Source: an uncultured delta proteobacterium
GTDB taxonomy: Bacteria; Myxococcota_A; Polyangia; Polyangiales; Polyangiaceae
Direction: 5' to 3'
Assembly (NCBI GenBank): GCA_963806225.1
Contig: CAWDXG010000004.1
Span: 2,048,001-2,112,000 of the forward strand
Length of the DNA: 64,000 nucleotides
The number at the start of each line of letters is the position of its first letter. Position 1 is the first letter of the stretch. The position numbers and the translations under genes are program-made. Shown one piece after another: positions 29,894 to 39,616 of the stretch. Below the pieces are notes generated by a model. It was not told where the DNA came from. It made no database searches and saw only the letters and a list, made by a program, of their open reading frames with translations.

Positions 29894-30994
29894 GTGGCCA
29901 ACACGCCAACCTACTGGGACTATCTGGGACTGGACCGGCTGCTCTCCCTGCAGGGCGGGCTGGAAGGCGACGAGAAGCAGCTCATGCCGGACGAGCTGCA
30001 CTTCATCATCGTGCACCAGGCTTTCGAGCTGTGGTTCAAGCTGACGCTGCGCGAGCTCAGGCTCGCGCGCGACCATCTCGCCGCGCCACGCGTGCCCGAA
30101 GAGCGCATCCCCTACGTGGTGCATCACCTGGGCCGCGTGAGCGAGATCCTCAAGCTCGCCGTCGAGCATTTCCGCGTCATGGAAACGCTCACGCCCCAGG
30201 ACTTCCTCGCCTTTCGCGACAAGCTGATCCCAGCGAGCGGCTTCCAGTCCTTCCAGATGCGCGAGCTGGAGATCGTGCTGGGCCTGGAGGACGAGCAGCG
30301 GCTCGACTACGCGGGCAGCGACCCGCTGTCGCACATCGAGAAGCTGGCCGCGGGCTCCCCCGCCGGCGAGCTCGCCTGGCGCCACATCCAGAGCGCACGC
30401 AGCGAGCAGAACCTGCGCGCGGCGCTGCACACCTGGCTGTACCGGACGCCCGTGCAGGGCTCGAGCCCCGGCGATCCGGGCGACGCCGAGGTGGTGACGG
30501 GCTTCCTCGAAAGCTACTTCGCGAGCATGCAGGCGCAGAACCGCAACAAGGCCGCTCGGCTGGCGCAAACCCTGGGCTCGGACAAGGCGCGCATCGAGGC
30601 GCAGCTCGCCGAGGGCGAGGCGCGTGCGAAGAGCTTCCTGTTCGCGGAGGATGTGCCGGAAGCGGATCGCGAGCGAGTGCGCCGCGTGCGGGCTGGCGTC
30701 CTGTTCATCGAGTCGTACCGCGAGCTGCCGCTGCTCGCCTGGCCGCGGCTCCTGCTCGACACGGTGGTGGAGGTAGACGAAGAGCTCGTGATCTGGCGCT
30801 CGCGCCACGCGCGCATGGTCGAGCGCATCATCGGCCGGCGCGTGGGCACCGGGGGCTCGTCAGGCGTCGACTACCTCGACCAGACCGCGCGCTACCGCAT
30901 CTTCGACGAGCTCTGGGCGGTGCGCACCATCCTCCTACCGAAAGATGCGCTCCCGGGGCTGGAGCACCCCGAGGTCTACGGCTTCGCGCGCTAG
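29894..30994 (+). CDS. kynA: Tryptophan 2,3-dioxygenase
   Basis: YWDYLGLD, DELHFIIVHQAFELWFK, ASGFQS, GTGGSSGVDYL. Confidence 0.93.
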   Translation: MANTPTYWDYLGLDRLLSLQGGLEGDEKQLMPDELHFIIVHQAFELWFKLTLRELRLARDHLAAPRVPEERIPYVVHHLGRVSEILKLAVEHFRVMETLTPQDFLAFRDKLIPASGFQSFQMRELEIVLGLEDEQRLDYAGSDPLSHIEKLAAGSPAGELAWRHIQSARSEQNLRAALHTWLYRTPVQGSSPGDPGDAEVVTGFLESYFASMQAQNRNKAARLAQTLGSDKARIEAQLAEGEARAKSFLFAEDVPEADRERVRRVRAGVLFIESYRELPLLAWPRLLLDTVVEVDEELVIWRSRHARMVERIIGRRVGTGGSSGVDYLDQTARYRIFDELWAVRTILLPKDALPGLEHPEVYGFAR

Positions 30995-31040
30995 CGCGAG
31001 CGACCGAGGGGCAATGCCCCCCGGTCATCCGATGCCGCCA

Positions 31041-32171
31041 CTAGGCCGGCCCGAGCTTGGTGCAGTCGAGCAGGATCTGGATCTTGCCGTTCTTGTCGTT
31101 CTGGACCGTGGTGCACGTGGACGGACAGAGCGTGATCTTGGTCGGGTTGGTCGGGTTGTCGTAGTAGAAGCCGCCCGCCGCCGTACACGCTGACTGGTCC
31201 TTGACGTACTTCAGGCTCTGCTTCTGTCCGGAGCCGCTCGTGAAGCTCATGATGATGGAATCCGGGTTGACGGTGCCGGCATCCGTGGTCGGCATCTGGA
31301 AGTCGCACGAGAGGATCTGCCCGGCGATGTTCTGCAAGGCGGCCACGAACTTGGCCGGACTGGACGCGTCGAACGCCGTCTTCGTTCCGCCGGCAGCCGC
31401 GACAGCATTGAGGAACGAGGTCGTCGCGCCCGGCATGCCCATCGTGAACGTCAACACGGACGGGGAGCCGGAGTAGGCGCTTGCCGCGATGTTGGCGAGG
31501 GAGTTCGTGCCAGTGGTGCACTGGGTGGGATCGCCGTCGGTAACCAGCAGGCCCACGCATTTCTCCTGCGGATGCGATTGCTCGTAGGACTTGCAGAACT
31601 GGGTCAGACCGCGCAGCGCGCCCTCGGTCGGTGTCAATCCGCCCGGGCTGGTCGAGCTCAACGAGCTCGTGATGGCCGACGCATTGCCGGGCAGCGCCGC
31701 CAGCGGAACCGCCGGCGTGTTGTAGCCGGTCCCGTTGCAGCTTCCCGAGCCCGGGAAGTACTGCAATGCGACCTTGATGCCCGCCGAGGCCTTGTCGTTG
31801 ACGAACTGGGTGATGCCCTGCGTGGCGTACTGCCACTTGGTCGGATTGTACTGCGTGCTGCCCATGCTGCCTGACTTGTCCAGCATGATGTACATGGCCA
31901 CCGGAATGCGGTCCGCGCTGGCCTGGAGGTTGGCGCACGCCGCGTCCGGATTCAGTCCGCCGCCGCTGCCCCCGCCGAGACCGCCGAAGTTGCCGCCGCC
32001 GCCGGTGCCGAACGCACCGTAGCCGCCCGTGTTGCCACCATTCGCGCTTCCGCCACCGCCTCCGGTGCCGAAGATCCCGGAGCCCCCGCCACCGGTTCCG
32101 CCGCAAGCAACGGCGAGCCCGATCGACGCGGCGACTGACAGGATGCCTGAAAAGATTCGACTAGCTCGCAC
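31041..32171 (-). CDS. vWA-domain lipoprotein (CglB-like fold)
   Basis: AVAC lipobox; Gly linker; MIDAS DKSGSM, TPT, VTDG. Confidence 0.88.
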   Translation of the reverse strand: MRASRIFSGILSVAASIGLAVACGGTGGGGSGIFGTGGGGGSANGGNTGGYGAFGTGGGGNFGGLGGGSGGGLNPDAACANLQASADRIPVAMYIMLDKSGSMGSTQYNPTKWQYATQGITQFVNDKASAGIKVALQYFPGSGSCNGTGYNTPAVPLAALPGNASAITSSLSSTSPGGLTPTEGALRGLTQFCKSYEQSHPQEKCVGLLVTDGDPTQCTTGTNSLANIAASAYSGSPSVLTFTMGMPGATTSFLNAVAAAGGTKTAFDASSPAKFVAALQNIAGQILSCDFQMPTTDAGTVNPDSIIMSFTSGSGQKQSLKYVKDQSACTAAGGFYYDNPTNPTKITLCPSTCTTVQNDKNGKIQILLDCTKLGPA

Positions 32172-32373
32172 AAGACACCTCCTTCACCTTCCCCGGGAAT
32201 CGTACGCGATTTGACGCCTGTCGTCAGGGCGGCGCCGGAAAGGAAACAAGTAGCCCCTGATTATCATAGCGCAGAGCCGCAACCGCGGGGCATGTTCGGC
32301 AGCGGAACCCATACAACCACGATGGGGAGCCGTAGGCTACATTGTAGGTGAGTTCCGCACACACCGAGGACCC

Positions 32374-33147
32374 ATGGACGACGCGAACCAGAGCGGTGCC
32401 GCGACCAGCAACATCGCCGCCAGCATCTTCCACGACCTGCGCGGACAGATCCTGCGCGGCGAGCTGGCGGCCGGCGAGCGGCTGCCGGGCGAGCGCGAGC
32501 TGGCGACGCGCTACGGCACCAACCGCAACACGCTGCGCGAAGCCGTGCGCCGTCTGGAACAGTCGCGACTGGTGACGGTCCGCCACGGGCAGGGCGTCAC
32601 CGTCGCGGACTTCCGCAAGACGGGCACCATGGAGCTCCTGCCGCCGTTTCTGGAGACCGCGCCGGACCCCGGCGAGGTGGTACGCATCCTCGAGGACATC
32701 CTGCCCGCGCGCCTGCTCGTGATCGAGTTCGCTGCACGTCAGGCGTGCCGTCGCGCGGACCGGACCGACGTCGAGCGCGTCCGCGACATCACCGATCTCT
32801 TGATCACCGCGTTCCACGGCGGCGACCCGGCGGTCATCGCGCGCGGCTTCCAGCGCTGGATGGATGCCGTCATCGACGGCGGTCACTCGGTCGCCATCCG
32901 CTGGATCGCCAATCCCTTCCTCGAAGCCTACCGCGACATGCTCGAGCGCTATCCGTCGCTCTGGGTACTGGACCCGAGCTTCCCTGAACACCTCCGGGAC
33001 TTCCTCGACGCGCTTTCCGAGTCCGACGAGGCGCAAGCCATCGAGGTGCTCCGCACGTACTACAACCGCATCGACGGCATGTTCATGAAGGCGCTGCAAG
33101 GCCTGCTCGGACCGCGCGCGCCGTCTGAACCGCCGGAAGCCGACTAG
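32374..33147 (+). CDS. GntR/FadR-family regulator
   Basis: GERLPGERELA...RNTLREA...HGQG. Confidence 0.93.
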   Translation: MDDANQSGAATSNIAASIFHDLRGQILRGELAAGERLPGERELATRYGTNRNTLREAVRRLEQSRLVTVRHGQGVTVADFRKTGTMELLPPFLETAPDPGEVVRILEDILPARLLVIEFAARQACRRADRTDVERVRDITDLLITAFHGGDPAVIARGFQRWMDAVIDGGHSVAIRWIANPFLEAYRDMLERYPSLWVLDPSFPEHLRDFLDALSESDEAQAIEVLRTYYNRIDGMFMKALQGLLGPRAPSEPPEAD

Positions 33148-34370
33148 CCGCGAAGTGCCGCCAGGCTGTCGTCGATCGCGGAAAGCAGCTCCGGCACCTG
33201 CCCGGCGCTGTTGGGCCAGTGCGGCGCGAAGCGCAGCTTTCCGTCGGGGATGCTGCATGCGACGGAGCGGTTTGCCAGCTCGGTCTTGAGCTCGATCACG
33301 CTGATCCCGGCAGGCGGCAGCACACTCAACGTACACGAACGCCGCGCCGCATCCGGCGCGCGCAGGCTCTCGAAGCCCCGCTGGACGAGCCCCGCTTCCA
33401 GCGGCTCCAATAATGAGCCCACGTGGCGGTAGATGCTGTCCACTCCGAGCTCGAGGATCAGATCCAACGACGCCTCGAGCGCCGCGAAGCCGAGCGCGTT
33501 GTTGGCGCCGCCCTCGAACAGCTCGGCCCCCTTCTTGATGGGCCGATCGTAGCGGAGGTGTCCCTCACCCTCGAACAGGAAGCGAAGAGCATCCTCGTGG
33601 CTGGTCCAGCCGGCGACCGCGGGCCTGAGCGCCTGCACCCGTTCCGGTGCCACGTACAGGAACCCCGCGCCCTCGAGTCCCATCAGCCACTTGTGGCTTC
33701 CCGAGCTCAGGTAGTCGATGTGCTCGGCGCGTACGTCGACGGGCACCGATCCACAGGCCTGGATCGCGTCCACGAAGAGCTCCGCTCCGTGCTCGTGGCA
33801 GAGCGCGCCCATCGCCGCGATCGGCATGCGCAATCCCGTCTGGAACTCGACGACGCTCGCCGCGACCAGCCGCACGCCGCGCTCGAGCTCGCCGCGAAGC
33901 CGCGCGAGCGCCCGCTCCACGTCTTGCTGGTAGTCCTGGATCGACAGGAACACGATCTCCAGCCCGAACAGCTCCGCCGCACGCTGCCACGGCGTCACGT
34001 TGGCCGGGAACTCGCCCTCGAATACCACGACGCGATCCCCCTTCTTCCACGGCAGGCACAACGCGATGTCGGTCACGCCGCGCGTGGTGTTCGAGATCAG
34101 CCCGAGATCCCCGGGCTCCGCCCCGATCAAGCCGGCCAACTTCCCCTTCAGGCGCGAACGCTGCTCCACGTACAGCGGCACCGCGCCGACCCCGAGTCGC
34201 GAATAGTCATCAAGGACGCGCTCGGCCGCGGCACGCACAGCCAACGATGGCGGCGAGACGGCCGCGTGATTCATGTACAGGCGCGCTTCGAGGTCGGGGA
34301 ACAAGCGGCGGTCGCCCAGCGCGGGGCGGAGGTCCGGGCCGGCCGGCGGGGTCCTTCGAGGGTTCGACAT
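33144..34370 (-). CDS. Class V PLP-dependent aminotransferase
   Basis: YMNHAA, VDAIQ, SGSHKWL, RFAPH. Confidence 0.92.
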   Translation of the reverse strand: MSNPRRTPPAGPDLRPALGDRRLFPDLEARLYMNHAAVSPPSLAVRAAAERVLDDYSRLGVGAVPLYVEQRSRLKGKLAGLIGAEPGDLGLISNTTRGVTDIALCLPWKKGDRVVVFEGEFPANVTPWQRAAELFGLEIVFLSIQDYQQDVERALARLRGELERGVRLVAASVVEFQTGLRMPIAAMGALCHEHGAELFVDAIQACGSVPVDVRAEHIDYLSSGSHKWLMGLEGAGFLYVAPERVQALRPAVAGWTSHEDALRFLFEGEGHLRYDRPIKKGAELFEGGANNALGFAALEASLDLILELGVDSIYRHVGSLLEPLEAGLVQRGFESLRAPDAARRSCTLSVLPPAGISVIELKTELANRSVACSIPDGKLRFAPHWPNSAGQVPELLSAIDDSLAALRG

Positions 34371-34455
34371 GGCGGCCAGCGTAGATCATCCGGGCGGCGT
34401 TGTGCCGCCGCGTGGCGCTTGCCAAGCGCCCAGCTCGGGATGACGCTAGGGGCAC

Positions 34456-36849
34456 ATGTCGAAGTCGGGGATCGGCGGGCGTTGGGCGCTCCGGACGTGC
34501 GCCGCGCTGCTCTCGCTCGGCCTGTACAGCGCGTCCGCCCGGGCGGACGAGGGGCAGTGGCCCCCGGGCCAGCTCGGCGACCTCGACCCGGTGCATCTGA
34601 AGAGTCTCGGCCTGGAGCTCCGGGCGCGACAGCTCCGAGTCGGCAGTCGCGGGCTGCTCGGGGCCGTCGTCAAGCTCGGCGACTGCTCGGCCGCGTTCGT
34701 TTCACCGAGCGGCCTCGCCCTGACCAGCCAGCACTGCATCGACCGCGCTCTCCGCGCGTCGAGCAAGGGCGAGCACGACTACCTCGCCCAGGGGCTCCTG
34801 GCGCGCAAGCCCGGAGACGAGCTGCCGGCGGCGGGTTTCACCGTCGAGGTGCTCGAGGACTCGACCGACGTCACGGGCGACATTGTGTCCGCGGCCAACA
34901 AGACTCACGACGACGCCGCGCGCGAACGCGCCATCGAACGCGCGGCGGACCGAGACGTCGCACGCTGCGAACGCCGACACCCCGGCCGTCGCTGCCGCGT
35001 GAAGCGCTTCTATCTCGGCAAGGAGTTCAAGCTGCTGCAGCTTCTCGAGCTTCACGATGTGCGCGTCGTCTACGCGCCGCCGGCAGGCATCGCGCGCTTC
35101 GGCGGCAGCGTCGTGGACGGCATGTGGCCGCGCCACGCCGGTGACTTCGCCATCCTGCGCGCCTATGTCGGCCGCGACGGCAAGCCCGCGGACTTCGCCA
35201 AGGACAACGTGCCCTTCAAGCCCGGGCAGTGGCTTCACCTCGGCGACGAGGGTATCGAACCAGGCGACTTCGTCGCCGCGCTGGGCTATCCCACCGGCAC
35301 CCGGCGCTACCTGCCAGCGGTCGAGCTCGCGCGCTACGTCGAGCAGGTTCTGCCGGCGCGTGCCGGCCTGTACAGCGAATGGGTCAACGCGCTCACGCGC
35401 CAGGCCGCTCGTTCGCCCGCCGTCCAGACTCGCGTCGCGATGCATAAGCAGGAGCTGGAGCGCCGGCTGCAGACTACGCGCGACCTGCTCGAAGCCTGCA
35501 ACAAGCTCCACCTCGTCGAACAGGGCAAGCGCCGGCAGCGCCGCCTCGAATCCTGGTGCGCCGCCGGCCCCGGACGCCAACGTTACCTGGACTCCATGAC
35601 CGCGCTCGCAGGGCTGTCGGCAGCGCGCCGCGCACGCTTCAACAGGGCGCTCCTGCTCGACAGCGTGCAGCACGGCCCCGCTCTGCTCGCCGTCGCCGTC
35701 GATCTGGTGCGCCGCGCGCGAGAGCGCAGCATCCCCGCTCGGCAGTCGAACTCCACGCATGTGGAGAAAAACGCCGGCCGGCTCCGGGAAATCGAAGCAC
35801 AGCGCCTGGAGCACGCGGATCCCTCGGTGGACGGCGAGTTGTTGACGTCGCTGGTCCTGCGCGCCCGCGGCCTGCCGAAGGCCGAGCGTATTGAAGCGTT
35901 CGACAAGCTCGCTGGACCGCTGGGCGACAAGCAGCGCGGCGCGCTGGTGCGAAAGCTCACCGCGCTCGTCCGGCGCTCGCGCCTTTCCGACACGAAGCAC
36001 GCCCGCGAGCTGTTCGGCCAGGCCGATGCGGCCGCGCTCGACAAGAGCCGCGATCCCATGATCGTCCTGGCGCGTGGCGTGGCCGACGCGATCGATCGGC
36101 TCGACGAAGAGCGCTCGCGGGAGCGCGGCACCGAATCGCGCGTCGCTGCCGACTACTTCAAGATGCTCCGACGCGTCCAGCACGGGCCCGTCTATCCCGA
36201 CGCAAACGGCACGCTGCGCCTGAGCTACGGCACGGTGGCGGGCTACGAGCCGGAGGACGGCCTGCGCGCCGAAGCGCAAACCACGCTGCGCGGCGCTATC
36301 GACAAGTCCACCGGAGAGAAGCCCTTCGACCTGCCCCGCCGCCTGCTCGACAAGGCGCCGGGGGCGGCCGCCAGCTACTGGGCCGATCCCGACCTGGACG
36401 ACCTGCCGGTTTGTTTCCTTTCGAGCGCCGACACCAGTGCCGGCAACGCTGGCGGGCCGGTCATCGACGGGCGCGGACACCTCGTCGGGCTCGTTTTCGA
36501 CCGCGTCGAGGACGACATCGCGAGCGACTTCTCCTTCAGCGCCGATCGCACCCGCGCGATCGGCGTCGACATCCGCTACATGCTCTGGCTGCTGGACCGC
36601 GTGGACGACGCGGGCGGTCTGCTGCGCGAGCTCGGCGTCTCGCAATATCGCTCGGCCCCCTCGCGCCGCGAACGCGCCGCCGCCCCCCGCCTCCACGGCC
36701 CCGGCGTCTCGAAGACCCACCGCGGCGTCCACCCGAACGCGTGCGGGTGTGCGGTTCCGGGTGGAAATACCGGCGGCCCGCGCGCCTGGTGGCTGCTCTT
36801 TCCCGCTCTCATCCTGCGCCGCCGCGCACTCTTCTCGCCTGGTGGCTGA
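34456..36849 (+). CDS. S46-family (DPP7-like) peptidase homologue with MYXO-CTERM, catalytic Ser replaced
   Basis: DEGQW, CSAAFVS, TSQHC, WPRHAGDF, YPDANGTLR, GNAGGP, GLVFD; CGC + hydrophobic + RRR tail. Confidence 0.88.
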   Translation: MSKSGIGGRWALRTCAALLSLGLYSASARADEGQWPPGQLGDLDPVHLKSLGLELRARQLRVGSRGLLGAVVKLGDCSAAFVSPSGLALTSQHCIDRALRASSKGEHDYLAQGLLARKPGDELPAAGFTVEVLEDSTDVTGDIVSAANKTHDDAARERAIERAADRDVARCERRHPGRRCRVKRFYLGKEFKLLQLLELHDVRVVYAPPAGIARFGGSVVDGMWPRHAGDFAILRAYVGRDGKPADFAKDNVPFKPGQWLHLGDEGIEPGDFVAALGYPTGTRRYLPAVELARYVEQVLPARAGLYSEWVNALTRQAARSPAVQTRVAMHKQELERRLQTTRDLLEACNKLHLVEQGKRRQRRLESWCAAGPGRQRYLDSMTALAGLSAARRARFNRALLLDSVQHGPALLAVAVDLVRRARERSIPARQSNSTHVEKNAGRLREIEAQRLEHADPSVDGELLTSLVLRARGLPKAERIEAFDKLAGPLGDKQRGALVRKLTALVRRSRLSDTKHARELFGQADAAALDKSRDPMIVLARGVADAIDRLDEERSRERGTESRVAADYFKMLRRVQHGPVYPDANGTLRLSYGTVAGYEPEDGLRAEAQTTLRGAIDKSTGEKPFDLPRRLLDKAPGAAASYWADPDLDDLPVCFLSSADTSAGNAGGPVIDGRGHLVGLVFDRVEDDIASDFSFSADRTRAIGVDIRYMLWLLDRVDDAGGLLRELGVSQYRSAPSRRERAAAPRLHGPGVSKTHRGVHPNACGCAVPGGNTGGPRAWWLLFPALILRRRALFSPGG

Positions 36850-37015
36850 GGGCTCTGGCGGCGGACAGGGAGCCTGCTCCGGGAGCATCGAGGCGCCCCC
36901 GCCCGGGAAGTGCACCTGAGCGTCTAGACAGGGTGCAGCTGTCCACTGTTTTTCTGTTCCCTTCAGCGACGTGGGGTGCTACGGCTTCCGGCTGATTTCC
37001 AGTGTGAATACAGCC

Positions 37016-39616
37016 ATGAAGAAGACCTCATCACGTCGCACCGGGGGGGCTCGCACAACGTCCGGCCGGAAGGCCCGGGGCTCCGCACCCACCAGTGCGG
37101 CGCGCCGGAAGACGCCGAAGCGCAGCGCCGCCAAACGCACCGCGAAGAAGGCCACCAAGCGCGCTGCAAAAAAGACCGCCAAGCGCGTGACGAAGAAGGC
37201 GCCCAAGCGCGCTGCAAAGAAGCCCGCGCCGCGCACCGCGAAGAAGGCCACCAAGCGCGCTGCAAAAAAGACCGCCAAGCGCGTGACGAAGAAGGCGCCC
37301 AAGCGCGCGACGAAGAAGACGACCCGACGCGCCGCACCCAAGCGCGCGACGAAGAAGACGACCCGACGCGCCGCCCCAAAGCGCGCGACGAAGAAAACGA
37401 CCCGACGCGCCGCCCCAAAGCGCGCGACGAAGAAAACGACCCGACGCGCCGCCCCAAAGCGCGCGACGAAGAAAACGACCCGACGCGCCGCCCCAAAGCG
37501 CGCGACGAAGAAGACTCCCAAGCGCGCTGCAAAAAAGACAACGCGACGCGCGGCACCCAAGCGCGCCGCCGGGAAGCCGGCAAAGCGCGCGGCACCCCGG
37601 CGCGCCGGCAAGAAAACCACCCCGCCTGCCACGGACACCACGAAGCGCGCGACGCCGAAACGCACGGCGAACAGGGTCGCCAGGGGCGCGACGCGCAAGC
37701 GCACCGCGAAGAAGGTCGCGAAGGTCGCGACGACCAGGCCGACGCGCATCGCGGAGCCGACCCGCACCAGAACCAGGGCGACCGAGCGGGCGCCCGGCGC
37801 GTCCGCCGCCGCGGCGCCCCAGGGCAACAACGCACCGGCGCCCGTCCCCGCGCCGCGCACGCTGCCCGAAGGCGTGCGCATCGGACGGCTCGCACCGCGC
37901 ACGGCAGCGCCTGGAGCCGCGCCGCCGAGCGCACCCGTCAGGACCGCCATGCGCGCCCCGTTCACGCAGGACACGTGGAAGGAGGTCGACGCCGCCGCGG
38001 CGCGGCTCGGCGTCACGACGCTCCGCGCCGAGCAGCGGCAGGTCGTCAAGGCGCTGTGTGAAGGACACGACGCGCTGGTCGTGCTGCCCGCGGGGATCGG
38101 CAAGTCGACCGCGGTGCTGATCGCGGCGCAACTCCTGCGTCAACCGGTCGTCGTGGTCTCGCCGCTGGTCTCGCTGCTGCGAGCCGAGCACGATCGTCTC
38201 CTGCAGCGCCGTATCCCGGGCGTGCGCGTGGACGCGAGCATCCATGGCGCCGAGCGTCGCCAGGCGCTGACGCGCATCGCGGCGGGTGGCTCGCTGGTCG
38301 TGCTGACCACACCGGACGGGTTCGCCGACGACGAGCTGGTCGGGGCTCTATCGCGCTCGGGCGTCGCGCTGGTCGCAGTGGAAGAGGCACACACAGTCTC
38401 CGAGTGGGCCCACCAGTTCCGGCCTGCGTCGGCCCGGCTGGGCGAGCAACTCTGGCGCCTTGGCCCGCCGCCCGTAGCGGCGCTCACCTCGACCGCCACC
38501 ACGGAAACACGCCACGACATTGCCGACCGTCTGGGCCTGCGCTCCCCAGCCGTTTTCGAGAGCGCGCCGCATCGCGAGAACATCGCACTGGACGTGATCG
38601 AGGCGCGCGGCGAAGTGCGGCAGCGCGCGCTGGTCTCGCTGGTAATGCGGCTGCGCCGGCCCGGCATCATCTACTGCGCGACGCCGCATGACGTGGAGGC
38701 GGTGTACGGCGCGCTGCGCGCGCTGCGCATCCCCGCGCATCGCTACCACGGCGAGATGTCCGCGGGCGAGCGCGGCGGCGAGCAGCTGAACTTCATGGTG
38801 CCGGGGCGCCGCACGGTGATGGTGGCAACCAGCGGCTTCACGCCGACGACGGGTATCGCGGGGCTGGGTGAGATCGGCCGGCTCGATCTCACCCCCAGCG
38901 GCTTCGGCCTCGGCGTACAGAAGCGCGATGTGCGCTTCGTCATCCACTACCAGGCCCCGGCGTCGCTCGAACAGTACGTGCGCGAGATCGGGCTGGCAGG
39001 GCGCGACGACGAAGCGGCCACCTGCGTGATGTTCCACGAGCCGGGTGATCGCAGCCGCAACGAAACGCTGCTGTCGCGGATCCGCGTGCGCCCCCGGCAC
39101 GTGGCAGCGCTCGCCGAGGCGCTGGAGAGCTACGCACACGAGGGCCGCCCCGCGACCGTCGAGGCGCTGGCACTCGCCGCCGGGCAGAGCCACAAAAACG
39201 CCGAGCTCTTGTCCGCGGTACTGGCGGACGCGGGGCTTGCGACGCTGTCGTCGGGCTGGGTGCGGCCGCGCGTGCCGGGGCCCACGCTGCTCGAAGAGAC
39301 CCGGCGACTTGCGTCACGACTTTCCACACTCGAGCGGCAGGACGCGAAGCGCCTGGCGGCGGTAGCGGACTACGCGGCGAGCCGGCAGTGTCGCTCGCTG
39401 TTCCTCGGCCGCTATTTCGGCGTGCTGCGCCAGGCGCCGTGCAAGCGCTGCGGCGTGTGCGCCCCGGCAGAGCACGCCATCGGCAACGACGCGAGCGAGC
39501 CCGCCCGCCGTCCGCCAGTGCGCGAGTTCTCCGTGTCGTACGCCGGTAGTGCGTACACGGATCGCGATCACCGTTCCAGCCCGCTCACCGCAAAGCTCGG
39601 CGACTTCGCGCGCTAG
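37016..39616 (+). CDS. RecQ-like helicase with ~250-aa K/R/A/T-rich histone-H1-like N-terminus
   Basis: LPAGIGKS, VEEAH, SEWAHQFRP, GIIYC, VRFVIH, AGRD; Zn domain CR...CKRCGVC. Confidence 0.85.
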   Translation: MKKTSSRRTGGARTTSGRKARGSAPTSAARRKTPKRSAAKRTAKKATKRAAKKTAKRVTKKAPKRAAKKPAPRTAKKATKRAAKKTAKRVTKKAPKRATKKTTRRAAPKRATKKTTRRAAPKRATKKTTRRAAPKRATKKTTRRAAPKRATKKTTRRAAPKRATKKTPKRAAKKTTRRAAPKRAAGKPAKRAAPRRAGKKTTPPATDTTKRATPKRTANRVARGATRKRTAKKVAKVATTRPTRIAEPTRTRTRATERAPGASAAAAPQGNNAPAPVPAPRTLPEGVRIGRLAPRTAAPGAAPPSAPVRTAMRAPFTQDTWKEVDAAAARLGVTTLRAEQRQVVKALCEGHDALVVLPAGIGKSTAVLIAAQLLRQPVVVVSPLVSLLRAEHDRLLQRRIPGVRVDASIHGAERRQALTRIAAGGSLVVLTTPDGFADDELVGALSRSGVALVAVEEAHTVSEWAHQFRPASARLGEQLWRLGPPPVAALTSTATTETRHDIADRLGLRSPAVFESAPHRENIALDVIEARGEVRQRALVSLVMRLRRPGIIYCATPHDVEAVYGALRALRIPAHRYHGEMSAGERGGEQLNFMVPGRRTVMVATSGFTPTTGIAGLGEIGRLDLTPSGFGLGVQKRDVRFVIHYQAPASLEQYVREIGLAGRDDEAATCVMFHEPGDRSRNETLLSRIRVRPRHVAALAEALESYAHEGRPATVEALALAAGQSHKNAELLSAVLADAGLATLSSGWVRPRVPGPTLLEETRRLASRLSTLERQDAKRLAAVADYAASRQCRSLFLGRYFGVLRQAPCKRCGVCAPAEHAIGNDASEPARRPPVREFSVSYAGSAYTDRDHRSSPLTAKLGDFAR
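37301..37495 (+). repeat. Five tandem 39-bp coding repeats (KRATKKTTRRAAP)
   Basis: Directly visible; a further duplication at 96-bp spacing occurs at ~37136 and ~37232. Confidence 0.9.

Noticed and set aside
29894..34370. Kynurenine pathway cluster (TDO + PLP enzyme)
   Set aside because: The genes are on opposite strands and separated, and the PLP enzyme cannot be assigned as kynureninase by eye.
37121..37560. Tandem repeats as a CRISPR array
   Set aside because: No unique spacers; the units are in-frame coding repeats.
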